Position numbers and translations under genes: made by a program. From positions 1-35,309 of the forward strand of contig CAZLQC010000005.1 of assembly GCA_964561695.1 (NCBI GenBank): a stretch of DNA of 35,309 nt. The letters run 5' to 3'. The first letter of the stretch is position 1. The number at the start of each line of letters is the position of its first letter. The notes under the pieces were generated by a model. The model was given only the letters and a program-made list of their open reading frames with translations. It did not search any database and had not been told where the DNA came from. This document shows positions 1 to 7,778 of the stretch, piece after piece. Origin of the DNA: an uncultured Bdellovibrionales bacterium (GTDB taxonomy: Bacteria > Patescibacteriota > Minisyncoccia > Moranbacterales > UBA1568).

Positions 1-191
1 TTAGTTTTACACTACAAATTATTTTTTATTTGTATGTGACGGAGAAATATTTTTCTCTGTACATTTAGTATACAGTATTTTTTAAAAAAAAGTAGTCAAA
101 TTAAAATAGTGTCAATAGGTAAAAACAAAAATGTTATTGAGAAATAAAAAGTTTTGCAAAATATTTTTCATTTCCAAAAAGTTTGTGCCTA

Positions 192-231
192 TAAAAAAAT
201 TTCCCGCGCAAACCATTATAGTCTGCGCGGG
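192..231 (-). terminator. Intrinsic terminator downstream of the small secreted-protein gene
   Basis: Perfect 8-bp inverted repeat CCCGCGCA(203-210)/TGCGCGGG(224-231) with a 13-nt loop. On the minus strand it is followed by a T-run (plus-strand A-run 194-200), just 3' of the stop of ORF 240..515. Confidence 0.6.
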
Positions 232-239
232 TACATCTT

Positions 240-515
240 TCAAAATTTGTGTCTAAGGGTAATCCCCAGAACACGCCCTGGATCTTGTCCTTGGTTATCC
301 CTCCGAAGATCAAGACGATACTTGTTCTTGGGTTGGAGTCGAACGATACCGGCTGTCACCAACCAGTCTTTGTTGTCCTCAAGGATGTCGAATGACACTT
401 TGGCATCTCGTGTGGGGATACGCTCCTCGGGAAACAACTCTTGTTTCGGTTTGGCCTCCAAAGAAAGAGGCAGGCCGAGAGCCATGAAGGCTAGAAAGAG
501 AGACGCTCTCTTCAT
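240..515 (-). CDS. Small secreted protein (91 aa), unknown function
   Basis: N-terminal signal-peptide-like MKRASLFLAFMALGLPLSLEA. ATG at 515-513 is preceded by AAGAGGA. It has its own consensus promoter and terminator. The overlapping plus-strand ORF 154..543 has none of these. Confidence 0.6.
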   Translation of the reverse strand: MKRASLFLAFMALGLPLSLEAKPKQELFPEERIPTRDAKVSFDILEDNKDWLVTAGIVRLQPKNKYRLDLRRDNQGQDPGRVLGITLRHKF

Positions 516-574
516 ATCACTGTCCTCTTGTTGGAGTAAATAAAAGGGGTACTCACGTACCTGACTATACTATA

Positions 575-603
575 ATTATACTCTTATTTTACATTTTTGT
601 CAA
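575..603 (-). promoter_or_regulatory. Consensus sigma70-type promoter (TTGACA-N17-TATAAT) reading leftwards
   Basis: On the minus strand, TTGACA (plus 598-603), a 17-nt spacer, then TATAAT (plus 575-580). It lies about 60 nt upstream of the ATG at 515. Confidence 0.65.
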
Positions 604-809
604 TAGTCTTGACCTATTTAAGCCATAAAAAGCTTTTTTTGTCTCCGTTGCGCAAATAAAGGAAAAACCGTACCATTATAGACAGAAGGGGTCGGTGGGA
701 AGATATTTTGTCTCCCTATCGCTTCAACGCAAGCGGCACTTTCAAAATTAAATAACCTGGGTCTGTCGAGTATCTCTCAGATCCTCATCTAGAAAGAGAG
801 GTGAACAAC

Positions 810-1406
810 ATGAACGAACACGAACACGAAGAAACTAGTTCAACTGGAGCTTGGATTCAAGAAAACCTCCGTATCATCGTCAGTGTCTTTATCGTAGCCG
901 CTATTGCCCTGGGTATCTATTCATACTCTCAGCGTGCAGAAATTGCGAGCGAAAATGAAGACATCGCACAACTTCTCGACACCAAGGGTGAAGAAGCTGC
1001 TACAACTGATGATGGCATGATGACTGAAGACGCTAACGGTGACAAAATGATGACCGCGACTGACAAAAAAGATAGTGTCATCATCACCGAAGAATTGAGC
1101 CAAGAAACAGAATCAGCTTTTATCGAGAAAGCCGCTAAGGGTGACGGAACAACCCACTTGGCTCGTCGAGCACTTGCTCACTACCTCGAGAAAAACACTG
1201 ACTCTAGCCTCACAGGTGAACACAAAGTCTACATTGAAGACTATCTCCGTAAGCATGCTGCTCAAAAAGGATGGGTGAATCCTGGTACATCAGTTGAATT
1301 TTCAAAGGCAAGCATCAAAGAAGCTATTGCAAGCTCAAAGAACCTCAATCAGCACCAACTCAACCACCTGAAGCAGTTCTCATCAAAAGTGAGCGCCTAC
1401 CGTTAA
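810..1406 (+). CDS. Hypothetical single-pass membrane protein
   Basis: The ORF track starts at GTG 801, but GAGAGG at 796-801 followed 8 nt later by ATG 810 fits better. The protein has an acidic N-terminus, one TM segment (IIVSVFIVAAIALGIY), a low-complexity linker and a C-terminal helical domain. I recognise no family. Confidence 0.6.
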   Translation: MNEHEHEETSSTGAWIQENLRIIVSVFIVAAIALGIYSYSQRAEIASENEDIAQLLDTKGEEAATTDDGMMTEDANGDKMMTATDKKDSVIITEELSQETESAFIEKAAKGDGTTHLARRALAHYLEKNTDSSLTGEHKVYIEDYLRKHAAQKGWVNPGTSVEFSKASIKEAIASSKNLNQHQLNHLKQFSSKVSAYR

Positions 1407-1433
1407 GACTAAATTTCCGTTCTTTCTATACAA

Positions 1434-1458
1434 AAACCCCGCAACGCGGGGTTTTTTG
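1434..1458. terminator. Bidirectional intrinsic terminator between convergent genes
   Basis: CCCCGC-aac-GCGGGG hairpin (1437-1451) flanked by an A-run upstream and a T-run downstream. It sits between the stop of 810..1406 (+) and the stop of 1459..2019 (-). Confidence 0.8.
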
Positions 1459-2019
1459 TTATTCGTCATGAGTGTGTATTCGAACTGTACCACCTACCCT
1501 TGCCTTAGTATTTGGCAGTATCTCTATCACACTGTCAGCTTCTTCTGGGGGTGTAAATGTCTCTGTTTCTTCAGGAGAAGCATTACTTTTCTTGTAAATA
1601 ATCTTACCGTCTTTTATCCAAAGTATGTCGATTGAGAAACGCATGTTTTTCATCCAAAAGCCAGCTTTGGTTGGTTTCTCAAGGATAAAAAGCATTCCAC
1701 AATCCTCACAGAGCGTATCTCTATTCCCAAGACCAAGAGCTCGCTTGGCTTCTGTATCGGCAACCTCCAGCGCGTAGTGTTTTCCGGCAATAATGTAATG
1801 CTGTTCCTCATAAATACAATCCTCACAACTAGCTTCACTATTTGTAACCCGCTCTTCCACAGGCTCCTCTTGAGAAATGACCTCCGAGGGTTCAGTGAGT
1901 TGAGCCTTCTGACCGTGCAAATGATGTCCTGGGGAAAACAGAATAAGACCTCCAACAACCAAACAGACTCCGGTAAAAACTACTTCTCCAAGACTCTTGC
2001 TAGTTTTCTGGTTTTCCAT
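1459..2019 (-). CDS. DUF192 (COG1430) family protein with N-terminal TM anchor
   Basis: Motifs GMLFILEKPTKAGFWMKNMRFSIDILWI match the DUF192 signature (GMLF...FWMKNT..PLDI). There is an N-terminal hydrophobic segment. The start overlaps the upstream gene by 40 nt, so the true start is uncertain. Confidence 0.65.
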   Translation of the reverse strand: MENQKTSKSLGEVVFTGVCLVVGGLILFSPGHHLHGQKAQLTEPSEVISQEEPVEERVTNSEASCEDCIYEEQHYIIAGKHYALEVADTEAKRALGLGNRDTLCEDCGMLFILEKPTKAGFWMKNMRFSIDILWIKDGKIIYKKSNASPEETETFTPPEEADSVIEILPNTKARVGGTVRIHTHDE

Positions 2020-3011
2020 GCCACGTAAATAAGAATTATGAATATGAGAACCAGGATGGATGTAAGCGCAATGAATTTACTCAGGAGGGTGGTCGACAAT
2101 GCCAACAAAGCAATTATACTCGTTACTCCATAAAAAAACCAAGAAATTCTACGTTCTGACCAACCAAGATCGTGCAACCGGTAGTGAAGATGGCTTTGAT
2201 CTGCCTGAAAGAGGGATCGCTTGTGGCGTAGACGATCGAGTATGACCCATAGAGCATCCGCAATGGGTAATGACAGCACCATCAGGGCTGTGGCAATCTT
2301 GGTACCAGAAATGATAGCTAAGAGCGCAATAAGAAAACCGAGGAAGAGTGACCCGGTCGTGCCAAGCAAAATACGAGCTGGATGAAAGTTAAACAAGAGA
2401 AATCCCAGCGTGGCTCCAGCTCCAATAAGGGCGAGAATAGCCACTGGTGGTTGATTGACCTCGGGTTTCAATGCCAAGAGAGCAATGGTAAGCAGTGAGA
2501 GAATACTGACACCAGAGGCCAGACCATCAAGACCATCGAGCCAGTTGAGAGCATTCATGACCAAGAGAAACCAAAACAGAGAAAGAAAGACACTCGGTAA
2601 AAACCAGACCTGTTCTGTAAAGAAGAGTGTTTCTCCGAAAGGAATATTGAGTGAAAGAATACGAATTCCAAAGATAATCATCAGAAGTGCCAGAATAACC
2701 TGAAAGGCAAGCTGAATTTTCCAATCTTGAGCCTTAAGGTCATCCCACAGACCAAAGAAAATAATCAGGATGCTCCCAGCAATTAATCCAAGAATGGCCT
2801 TGGACAGGACAAGATAAGGATGCAGGAGAACGATGATGAGGAAGGATGCGATGATAGCCACTCCACCTAAGCGTGACAAGTGTGCCTTGGAAGCATGCCT
2901 GGCACCCTTACGCCAAACTTGCCGATGAAATAATGGCAGTAAAAGAAACAAGAGGACGATACCAAGTGACAGGGCTAAGGCCAAGAGAAAAGGTGTTCCG
3001 TAAAGAGGCAT
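1980..3011 (-). CDS. Glycosyltransferase family 4 polyprenyl-phosphate sugar-1-phosphate transferase (MraY/WecA family)
   Basis: Polytopic membrane protein carrying the diagnostic NALNWLDGLDGLASG motif of the MraY/WecA superfamily. At 343 aa it could be either mraY or a wecA-like gene. Confidence 0.8.
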   Translation of the reverse strand: MPLYGTPFLLALALSLGIVLLFLLLPLFHRQVWRKGARHASKAHLSRLGGVAIIASFLIIVLLHPYLVLSKAILGLIAGSILIIFFGLWDDLKAQDWKIQLAFQVILALLMIIFGIRILSLNIPFGETLFFTEQVWFLPSVFLSLFWFLLVMNALNWLDGLDGLASGVSILSLLTIALLALKPEVNQPPVAILALIGAGATLGFLLFNFHPARILLGTTGSLFLGFLIALLAIISGTKIATALMVLSLPIADALWVILDRLRHKRSLFQADQSHLHYRLHDLGWSERRISWFFYGVTSIIALLALSTTLLSKFIALTSILVLIFIILIYVAWKTRKLARVLEK

Positions 3012-3014
3012 GGT

Positions 3015-3389
3015 TTAGTAGTTAATAAAAGCAATACTAGCGCTAGCGACCGCCACACCAAAGAGGATAAAATTAGTGGCTAGAAGAAGAATATAAGCTG
3101 CAAAACGGTCTTTTTTCTTATAGAATGAATATCCCAACGCGGTGTGCAGGAAAAAAAGAAGCGTCGCTACCCCCTGAAGTACATAGGCCTGCCACCACGT
3201 ACCGAGCAGATCGACACCAAAGTACACATTATAGTGAAGAATGAGCGGTGTTTCTCGTGGACGGATGAAATAGATAAGCATCCCCCATCCAGCAACTAAA
3301 AGAAGGGATGCGCCTAAGAGAAAATTCTTGATAAAGGCATTCCCCAGAAAACTCACTCCAGTTTCATCTATGGTAGGCATTGGTTCCAT
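3015..3389 (-). CDS. Hypothetical integral membrane protein (124 aa, about 4 TM)
   Basis: Four hydrophobic stretches. It is tightly packed in the operon, 3 nt from the downstream gene. Confidence 0.5.
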   Translation of the reverse strand: MEPMPTIDETGVSFLGNAFIKNFLLGASLLLVAGWGMLIYFIRPRETPLILHYNVYFGVDLLGTWWQAYVLQGVATLLFFLHTALGYSFYKKKDRFAAYILLLATNFILFGVAVASASIAFINY

Positions 3390-3401
3390 ACAACGTAGAC
3401 T

Positions 3402-4478
3402 TTATTTCAGTTCTCCATGTTCACCCTCTGACAAAGCTTCGCCAACACGAGCAGCCTCAAGATAATCCCCTACTCGATGAAGGCGTTTCTCAGCATCATC
3501 ATATTTCTTATGGGCATTACCAAGATGACTCCCCAAGATTTCAAATTCTTTGGTGAATTTGTCTTGCTCACGAGAAAGTCGCTCTAACTGACTCATGATT
3601 TCTTTGGCTCGCTTTTCAATCTGCATACCCTGCAATCCAAAAAGAATCGTTCGCATATAGGCATAGAAAGAGTTTGGTGAGACCGGAATGACACGCCGAT
3701 CTGCAAAATAGGTCATCAGCCCCTGTTCATCCTCATCTTTGATAATAGTCTCGTAGTAGACGTTTTCAGCTGGTATATACATAAGCGCAAAATCCAGCGT
3801 GCCTTCAGCGGGAACTATGTACTTGGTAGCTATAGCATCGACGTGTTTTTTGACATCTTGATAGAACTGCTTGCGAGCAGCTTTTTTCTCTACTTCATCT
3901 GTGGCAACAACCACTCGTTTGAAGTTTTCTAAAGGAAACTTAGAATCAATACTGATAATACCCCCCTTCAGGAAGATAACAGCATCTACCGCTTCTCCAC
4001 TTTTGAAAGCATACTGAATGGCAAAATGTTCCTTTGGGAGCATCTGGGTTAACAAGTCTTTCAACAAAAGCTCACCGAAGCCTCCGCGAATCTTTGGCGC
4101 CTTGAGAATCTCTTGGAGCGAAGCTACTTCTTTACCAACTTCGAGAATCTTTTCGCTCGAGTGACGCATAGCTTCAAGTGAACGTTGCACATCAGCATAG
4201 GAACGCGCTGCTCCGTCCAAACGTTGATCTAAGCGTTCTCCATTATCATGAAGACGCTTATCGAGTGTGGTCTGGAAAGAAGACAGCTGTTGATTCATAG
4301 TAACCGATAGAAAGCCCATCTTCTCTTCGAAGCTTTGGGTCATTTTTTCTAGTCGTTCTTGATACAGAGCATCTGTCGCCTGATTGACTCCGCCTGACTT
4401 ACGTTGCAAAAGCAAAACGAGCCCATACAAGAGGCCCGCTATTCCTATGCCAATACTGATATAAAGAAAGGCTGCCAT
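3402..4478 (-). CDS. rmuC: DNA recombination protein RmuC
   Basis: N-terminal TM, a long coiled coil and a C-terminal nuclease-like region with IDSKFPLENF and MYIPAENVYYE, typical of the RmuC family. Confidence 0.85.
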   Translation of the reverse strand: MAAFLYISIGIGIAGLLYGLVLLLQRKSGGVNQATDALYQERLEKMTQSFEEKMGFLSVTMNQQLSSFQTTLDKRLHDNGERLDQRLDGAARSYADVQRSLEAMRHSSEKILEVGKEVASLQEILKAPKIRGGFGELLLKDLLTQMLPKEHFAIQYAFKSGEAVDAVIFLKGGIISIDSKFPLENFKRVVVATDEVEKKAARKQFYQDVKKHVDAIATKYIVPAEGTLDFALMYIPAENVYYETIIKDEDEQGLMTYFADRRVIPVSPNSFYAYMRTILFGLQGMQIEKRAKEIMSQLERLSREQDKFTKEFEILGSHLGNAHKKYDDAEKRLHRVGDYLEAARVGEALSEGEHGELK

Positions 4479-4518
4479 ATTTTTGTATCGAGAGATTTAG
4501 ACACGTCTAAACTCTCTT

Positions 4519-5124
4519 TTATTTTTTCAATCCCGCAATAAAACGCTTGAGTTCAGGTACCTTATTCACCACCTCTTCATAAGGGTTTTCCAAAAACTCC
4601 ATAAAAAAACGATCAAGCATATTCAGGCGATAATGAAGTTCTTCAGCATTCATTAAGAAAAAACGAATTTCCTTGCCTACTTCTGCTTCAAGATGAGCGA
4701 TGGCGTGTTTGAGCTTAGTACGATTTTCATTGTTGACCACCAAAATCATGTCTACCTTGCTCTTCGGGTTGTTGATGAACAGACCGCTAATCAAAATCAA
4801 TTTTACCTCGCCAACTACCTTGAGCTTACGAAAAATTTGTGACTGAGCATGGACATTGAGCTTAGAAACAAGACTGTGAAGCTCTGTGTGAAAAGGAAAG
4901 TTTTCATTGATTAGGTAAGCCTTTTTCCCTTTACGAACTTTTTCAATCAAAAACTTCATTTTCACCAACTTGATAATCTCACGAGCAATATCTTTCCTCG
5001 GAACCAATGTCTTCTGAGAAACATCTGTAGCGCTAAACTCAACACCAGGATTTAAGAGAAAAAAACGCAACAAGCGTGCCCGTGCTTTCGATCCAAACAA
5101 CGTATCAAAGAGTGCTAGTGACAT
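4519..5124 (-). CDS. Winged-helix (ArsR/MarR-like) DNA-binding protein, function unknown
   Basis: The N-terminus FGSKARARLLRFFLLNPGVEFSATDVSQKTLVPRKDIAREIIKLVKMKFLIEK fits an HTH plus wing pattern. The C-terminal half is unassigned. Confidence 0.5.
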   Translation of the reverse strand: MSLALFDTLFGSKARARLLRFFLLNPGVEFSATDVSQKTLVPRKDIAREIIKLVKMKFLIEKVRKGKKAYLINENFPFHTELHSLVSKLNVHAQSQIFRKLKVVGEVKLILISGLFINNPKSKVDMILVVNNENRTKLKHAIAHLEAEVGKEIRFFLMNAEELHYRLNMLDRFFMEFLENPYEEVVNKVPELKRFIAGLKK

Positions 5125-5258
5125 ATGGTAAATACAGAATTAATCCGCCTTTTAGGCCTCCTAAGGGCCAGTATACTGGGAAAAGAGATGAGCGTCAAAA
5201 AAGGCTTCTTTCTGAGGTCGGTGAAAATGGCCCAGCTAAGGGTTTTCAAGTGAAATTA

Positions 5259-5267
5259 TGGTATACT
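5259..5267 (+). promoter_or_regulatory. Possible extended -10 element (TGgTATACT) upstream of 5279 gene
   Basis: TG at 5259-5260 and TATACT at 5262-5267, with no good -35. It would give a very short leader before ATG 5279. Confidence 0.3.
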
Positions 5268-5278
5268 AACAAAAGAAT

Positions 5279-7774
5279 ATGAAAGAAAAAAAGGTCACCC
5301 CTCCAAAAAGTGCCCCAGGTGTACTGGCTCGCACTTTTCATGAAATTCTGATTGCCGACAAACGCTCTTATGAGCCGTTTGTTAAGGTATTTCGTGCAGA
5401 AGGAGAAAATGTCAGTAAACTTGATCTTGGTACCCTTGTAGGAGTGTTTGAGGTAGATGAAAAAGATGAAGATGCTGCCTATATTGTTAATTTTCTAGCC
5501 TCAGTAGCGAAGAAAGAGTATTTTAATAATCCGAGACGTGGTCCTATCGAAAGTTTCGAAGCAGCCCTCCACAAAGTCAACGTGGCTCTTGCTGAACTAG
5601 TAAAACATGGCAATGTCTCTTGGCTTGGTAAGCTACATGGGGTCTTGGCCGTCCTCGAAAAAAATAATCTCCATTTCTCTGTTACCGGTGAAGCCGCTCT
5701 GCTTCTTTTCCGTCAGGAACAATTTTCCGAAATAAGTGAGGGCCTGGCTTCAAGTGAAGCTTCTGTGCATCCACTAAAAACATTTGTGGAGGTCTCTAGC
5801 GGACGCCTCATGGAAGACGATAGTATTATCCTCTCCACACCAGAACTTCTCGCTCTTTTTCCTTTAGACTACCTCACCAAACAAGCTGTGCGTATGAACG
5901 CTCAGGCTTTTCGCCAGTTCCTCAGAACAGCCTTGGTCAACGAAATAGACATGGCCGCAGTCTTAGCTATTGAGCTCAGCGTTGCCAATCTTGAGGCCCC
6001 AGTCCCCTCCCTCAAAACAAAAAGTGGGTCTCGTCCCAAAAACCAGACCGTGGCCAACGCTTTCAGTCAGGCTACCTTTACTCCTGCCAAACCTCCTATC
6101 CCCCTTGATGATCCAGAACCCGCTCCTGTAGCAACTTCCCCAAGCAAGGAAGAGTTTATTGACGAAAAGACTGGTCATATTTATGTCCAGGGAGATGAGA
6201 TTGGCGATGGCTCCTCACTCAAACATTCAGTCATCCTGGAAAGTTTTCGTGAGGCGACTTCTCGTGTAGGCGAGTTCTTTTCACGAACTGTTCGCCGACA
6301 AGGCAAGAAAACTGCTCGTCTTGGCGCCTTTCTTCTCTGGGAGAGCCGTACCCAAACTGCTCGTCTTGCTCGTAAAGCTGCTCAAAAAATAAGCTCCCTC
6401 AAGGCCACCCTCGCTGAACAACAGAAAGCGAAAGCTCTACAACAAGTACGACAAATGGAAAAGAAGGTTCGTCAGGAAACAAAGCGCCAGGCTGAAGCCT
6501 TGGTAGAACCAGAAATAATAGCCGACGAAATAACCCTTCCAATCCAAGTGACAATACCTCCAGAAGCAGTAGGAGAAACTATTTCTGAATCTTCTCTAGA
6601 GAGAGTAGCTACTATAGAAGAAAGCGTTGTTCCTAGTCATATTGAGCGTTTTCGCTCACTCTATCAGTCAAAACCTCCTTCTACCATAGCCCCTCCAGTT
6701 TCCCCAACAAAAACCCCCAAGACCCCTCTCCAAAAAAATTCTACCCAAAAAGATACCTCTGTTCGTCTTGATACGTGGAAACATTCTTTTGAAAAATGGC
6801 GTAGCACTACCTCTTCTTCTCTCAAGACCTTCTCTCAAGTCATCCTCAAACAAAAAAAGATTATCCTTATCTCTTTTGGTGGACTTGTCATAGTGAGTGG
6901 ATTGGGCTTTCTATTTTTACACTTCAAAACAAACCCTCAAGCAAGCAAGCCCGAGATTCCTTCACCAATCACCTCTGCCCCAGCGCCTACAACACTCGAA
7001 ACCAACTCTCTTCAGGCCGAATCTACTCTTACCCTCAATAAAGAACTTGTTGCCCTCGTCTTTCTTGAGAATCAAGGCTATGGGGCTACCGCCAAAAGCA
7101 TTGTGGCTCTCGATAGCAAAGAAGAGTTCATTGTCCCTGACATCAAGGGTGAGATCCGCTTCTTGGCTCCTATGAAAGACTTGCGTCTCATCTTTGTCCT
7201 CACCAGTCAAAATGAACTTTTTGCTTGGAGCCCTCTTGCTAAAACCTTTACCAAAAATGAGCTTGTCTTGCCAGAAAATGCTCGCGTAACAGGTATTGGA
7301 AGCTACCTCACCTATCTCTACGTACTTGATCGTGGCAATAATCAGCTTTACCGCTACCCGCGATCAACACTTGGCTTTACGGAATCTACCAACTGGATGA
7401 AAGAATCTTTTGAACTGACCGATACTGCTTTCTTGGCTATCAACGAAACGGTAGCTCTTGCCCCTTCTCGTGAACACTTGCTCTCTTTTTCACAAGGCAA
7501 AAATACTGGTACCTTCAGTCAAAGCAAGACCGAAGAGGATATGATTTTTATCCAGGCACTGACTACGGACAGTGACTTTCCTTTTATTTATGCTTTGGAT
7601 GACAAGAACATTCTCTCTATTTGGAGTCTTGAGCGCAAACTGCTCCATACCTATACACTCAAAGACGCTCCGAAAGAGGCAACCTATCTCGCCTCAGATC
7701 CCGAAAAGAAGGTCCTTATCCTTGGCAACAAAGATGGCAACGTCACTCGCTATACCAACGTCACCAGCGAATAA
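5279..7774 (+). CDS. Large bitopic membrane protein (831 aa), unknown function
   Basis: Cytoplasmic alpha/beta N-domain, a Pro-rich and Lys/Gln-rich helical linker, one TM (about 6859-6927, IILISFGGLVIVSGLGFLFLHF) and a C-terminal beta-rich domain of about 270 aa. That domain has blade-like motifs (LYVLDRGNNQLYRY, IYALDDKNILSIWS, LILGNKDGNVTRY). Confidence 0.6.
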   Translation: MKEKKVTPPKSAPGVLARTFHEILIADKRSYEPFVKVFRAEGENVSKLDLGTLVGVFEVDEKDEDAAYIVNFLASVAKKEYFNNPRRGPIESFEAALHKVNVALAELVKHGNVSWLGKLHGVLAVLEKNNLHFSVTGEAALLLFRQEQFSEISEGLASSEASVHPLKTFVEVSSGRLMEDDSIILSTPELLALFPLDYLTKQAVRMNAQAFRQFLRTALVNEIDMAAVLAIELSVANLEAPVPSLKTKSGSRPKNQTVANAFSQATFTPAKPPIPLDDPEPAPVATSPSKEEFIDEKTGHIYVQGDEIGDGSSLKHSVILESFREATSRVGEFFSRTVRRQGKKTARLGAFLLWESRTQTARLARKAAQKISSLKATLAEQQKAKALQQVRQMEKKVRQETKRQAEALVEPEIIADEITLPIQVTIPPEAVGETISESSLERVATIEESVVPSHIERFRSLYQSKPPSTIAPPVSPTKTPKTPLQKNSTQKDTSVRLDTWKHSFEKWRSTTSSSLKTFSQVILKQKKIILISFGGLVIVSGLGFLFLHFKTNPQASKPEIPSPITSAPAPTTLETNSLQAESTLTLNKELVALVFLENQGYGATAKSIVALDSKEEFIVPDIKGEIRFLAPMKDLRLIFVLTSQNELFAWSPLAKTFTKNELVLPENARVTGIGSYLTYLYVLDRGNNQLYRYPRSTLGFTESTNWMKESFELTDTAFLAINETVALAPSREHLLSFSQGKNTGTFSQSKTEEDMIFIQALTTDSDFPFIYALDDKNILSIWSLERKLLHTYTLKDAPKEATYLASDPEKKVLILGNKDGNVTRYTNVTSE

Positions 7775-7778
7775 CTAC

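Noticed and set aside
1-191. Very AT-rich 190-nt window edge with TGTCAATAG-type strings, considered as origin, DnaA-box or promoter cluster
   Set aside because: I found no TTATCCACA-like DnaA boxes and no properly spaced -35/-10 pair. The region is cut by the window edge, so nothing can be supported.
154-543. 129-aa plus-strand ORF overlapping the 240..515 minus-strand ORF
   Set aside because: It starts at a non-ATG codon with no SD. Its composition is Arg/Ser/Leu-rich, typical of antisense frames. The minus-strand ORF has a consensus promoter, an SD, a signal peptide and a terminator.
212-681. Identical 10-mer accattatag at 212-221 (terminator loop) and 672-681
   Set aside because: It is a single short AT-rich match with no surrounding similarity, so it is most likely chance.
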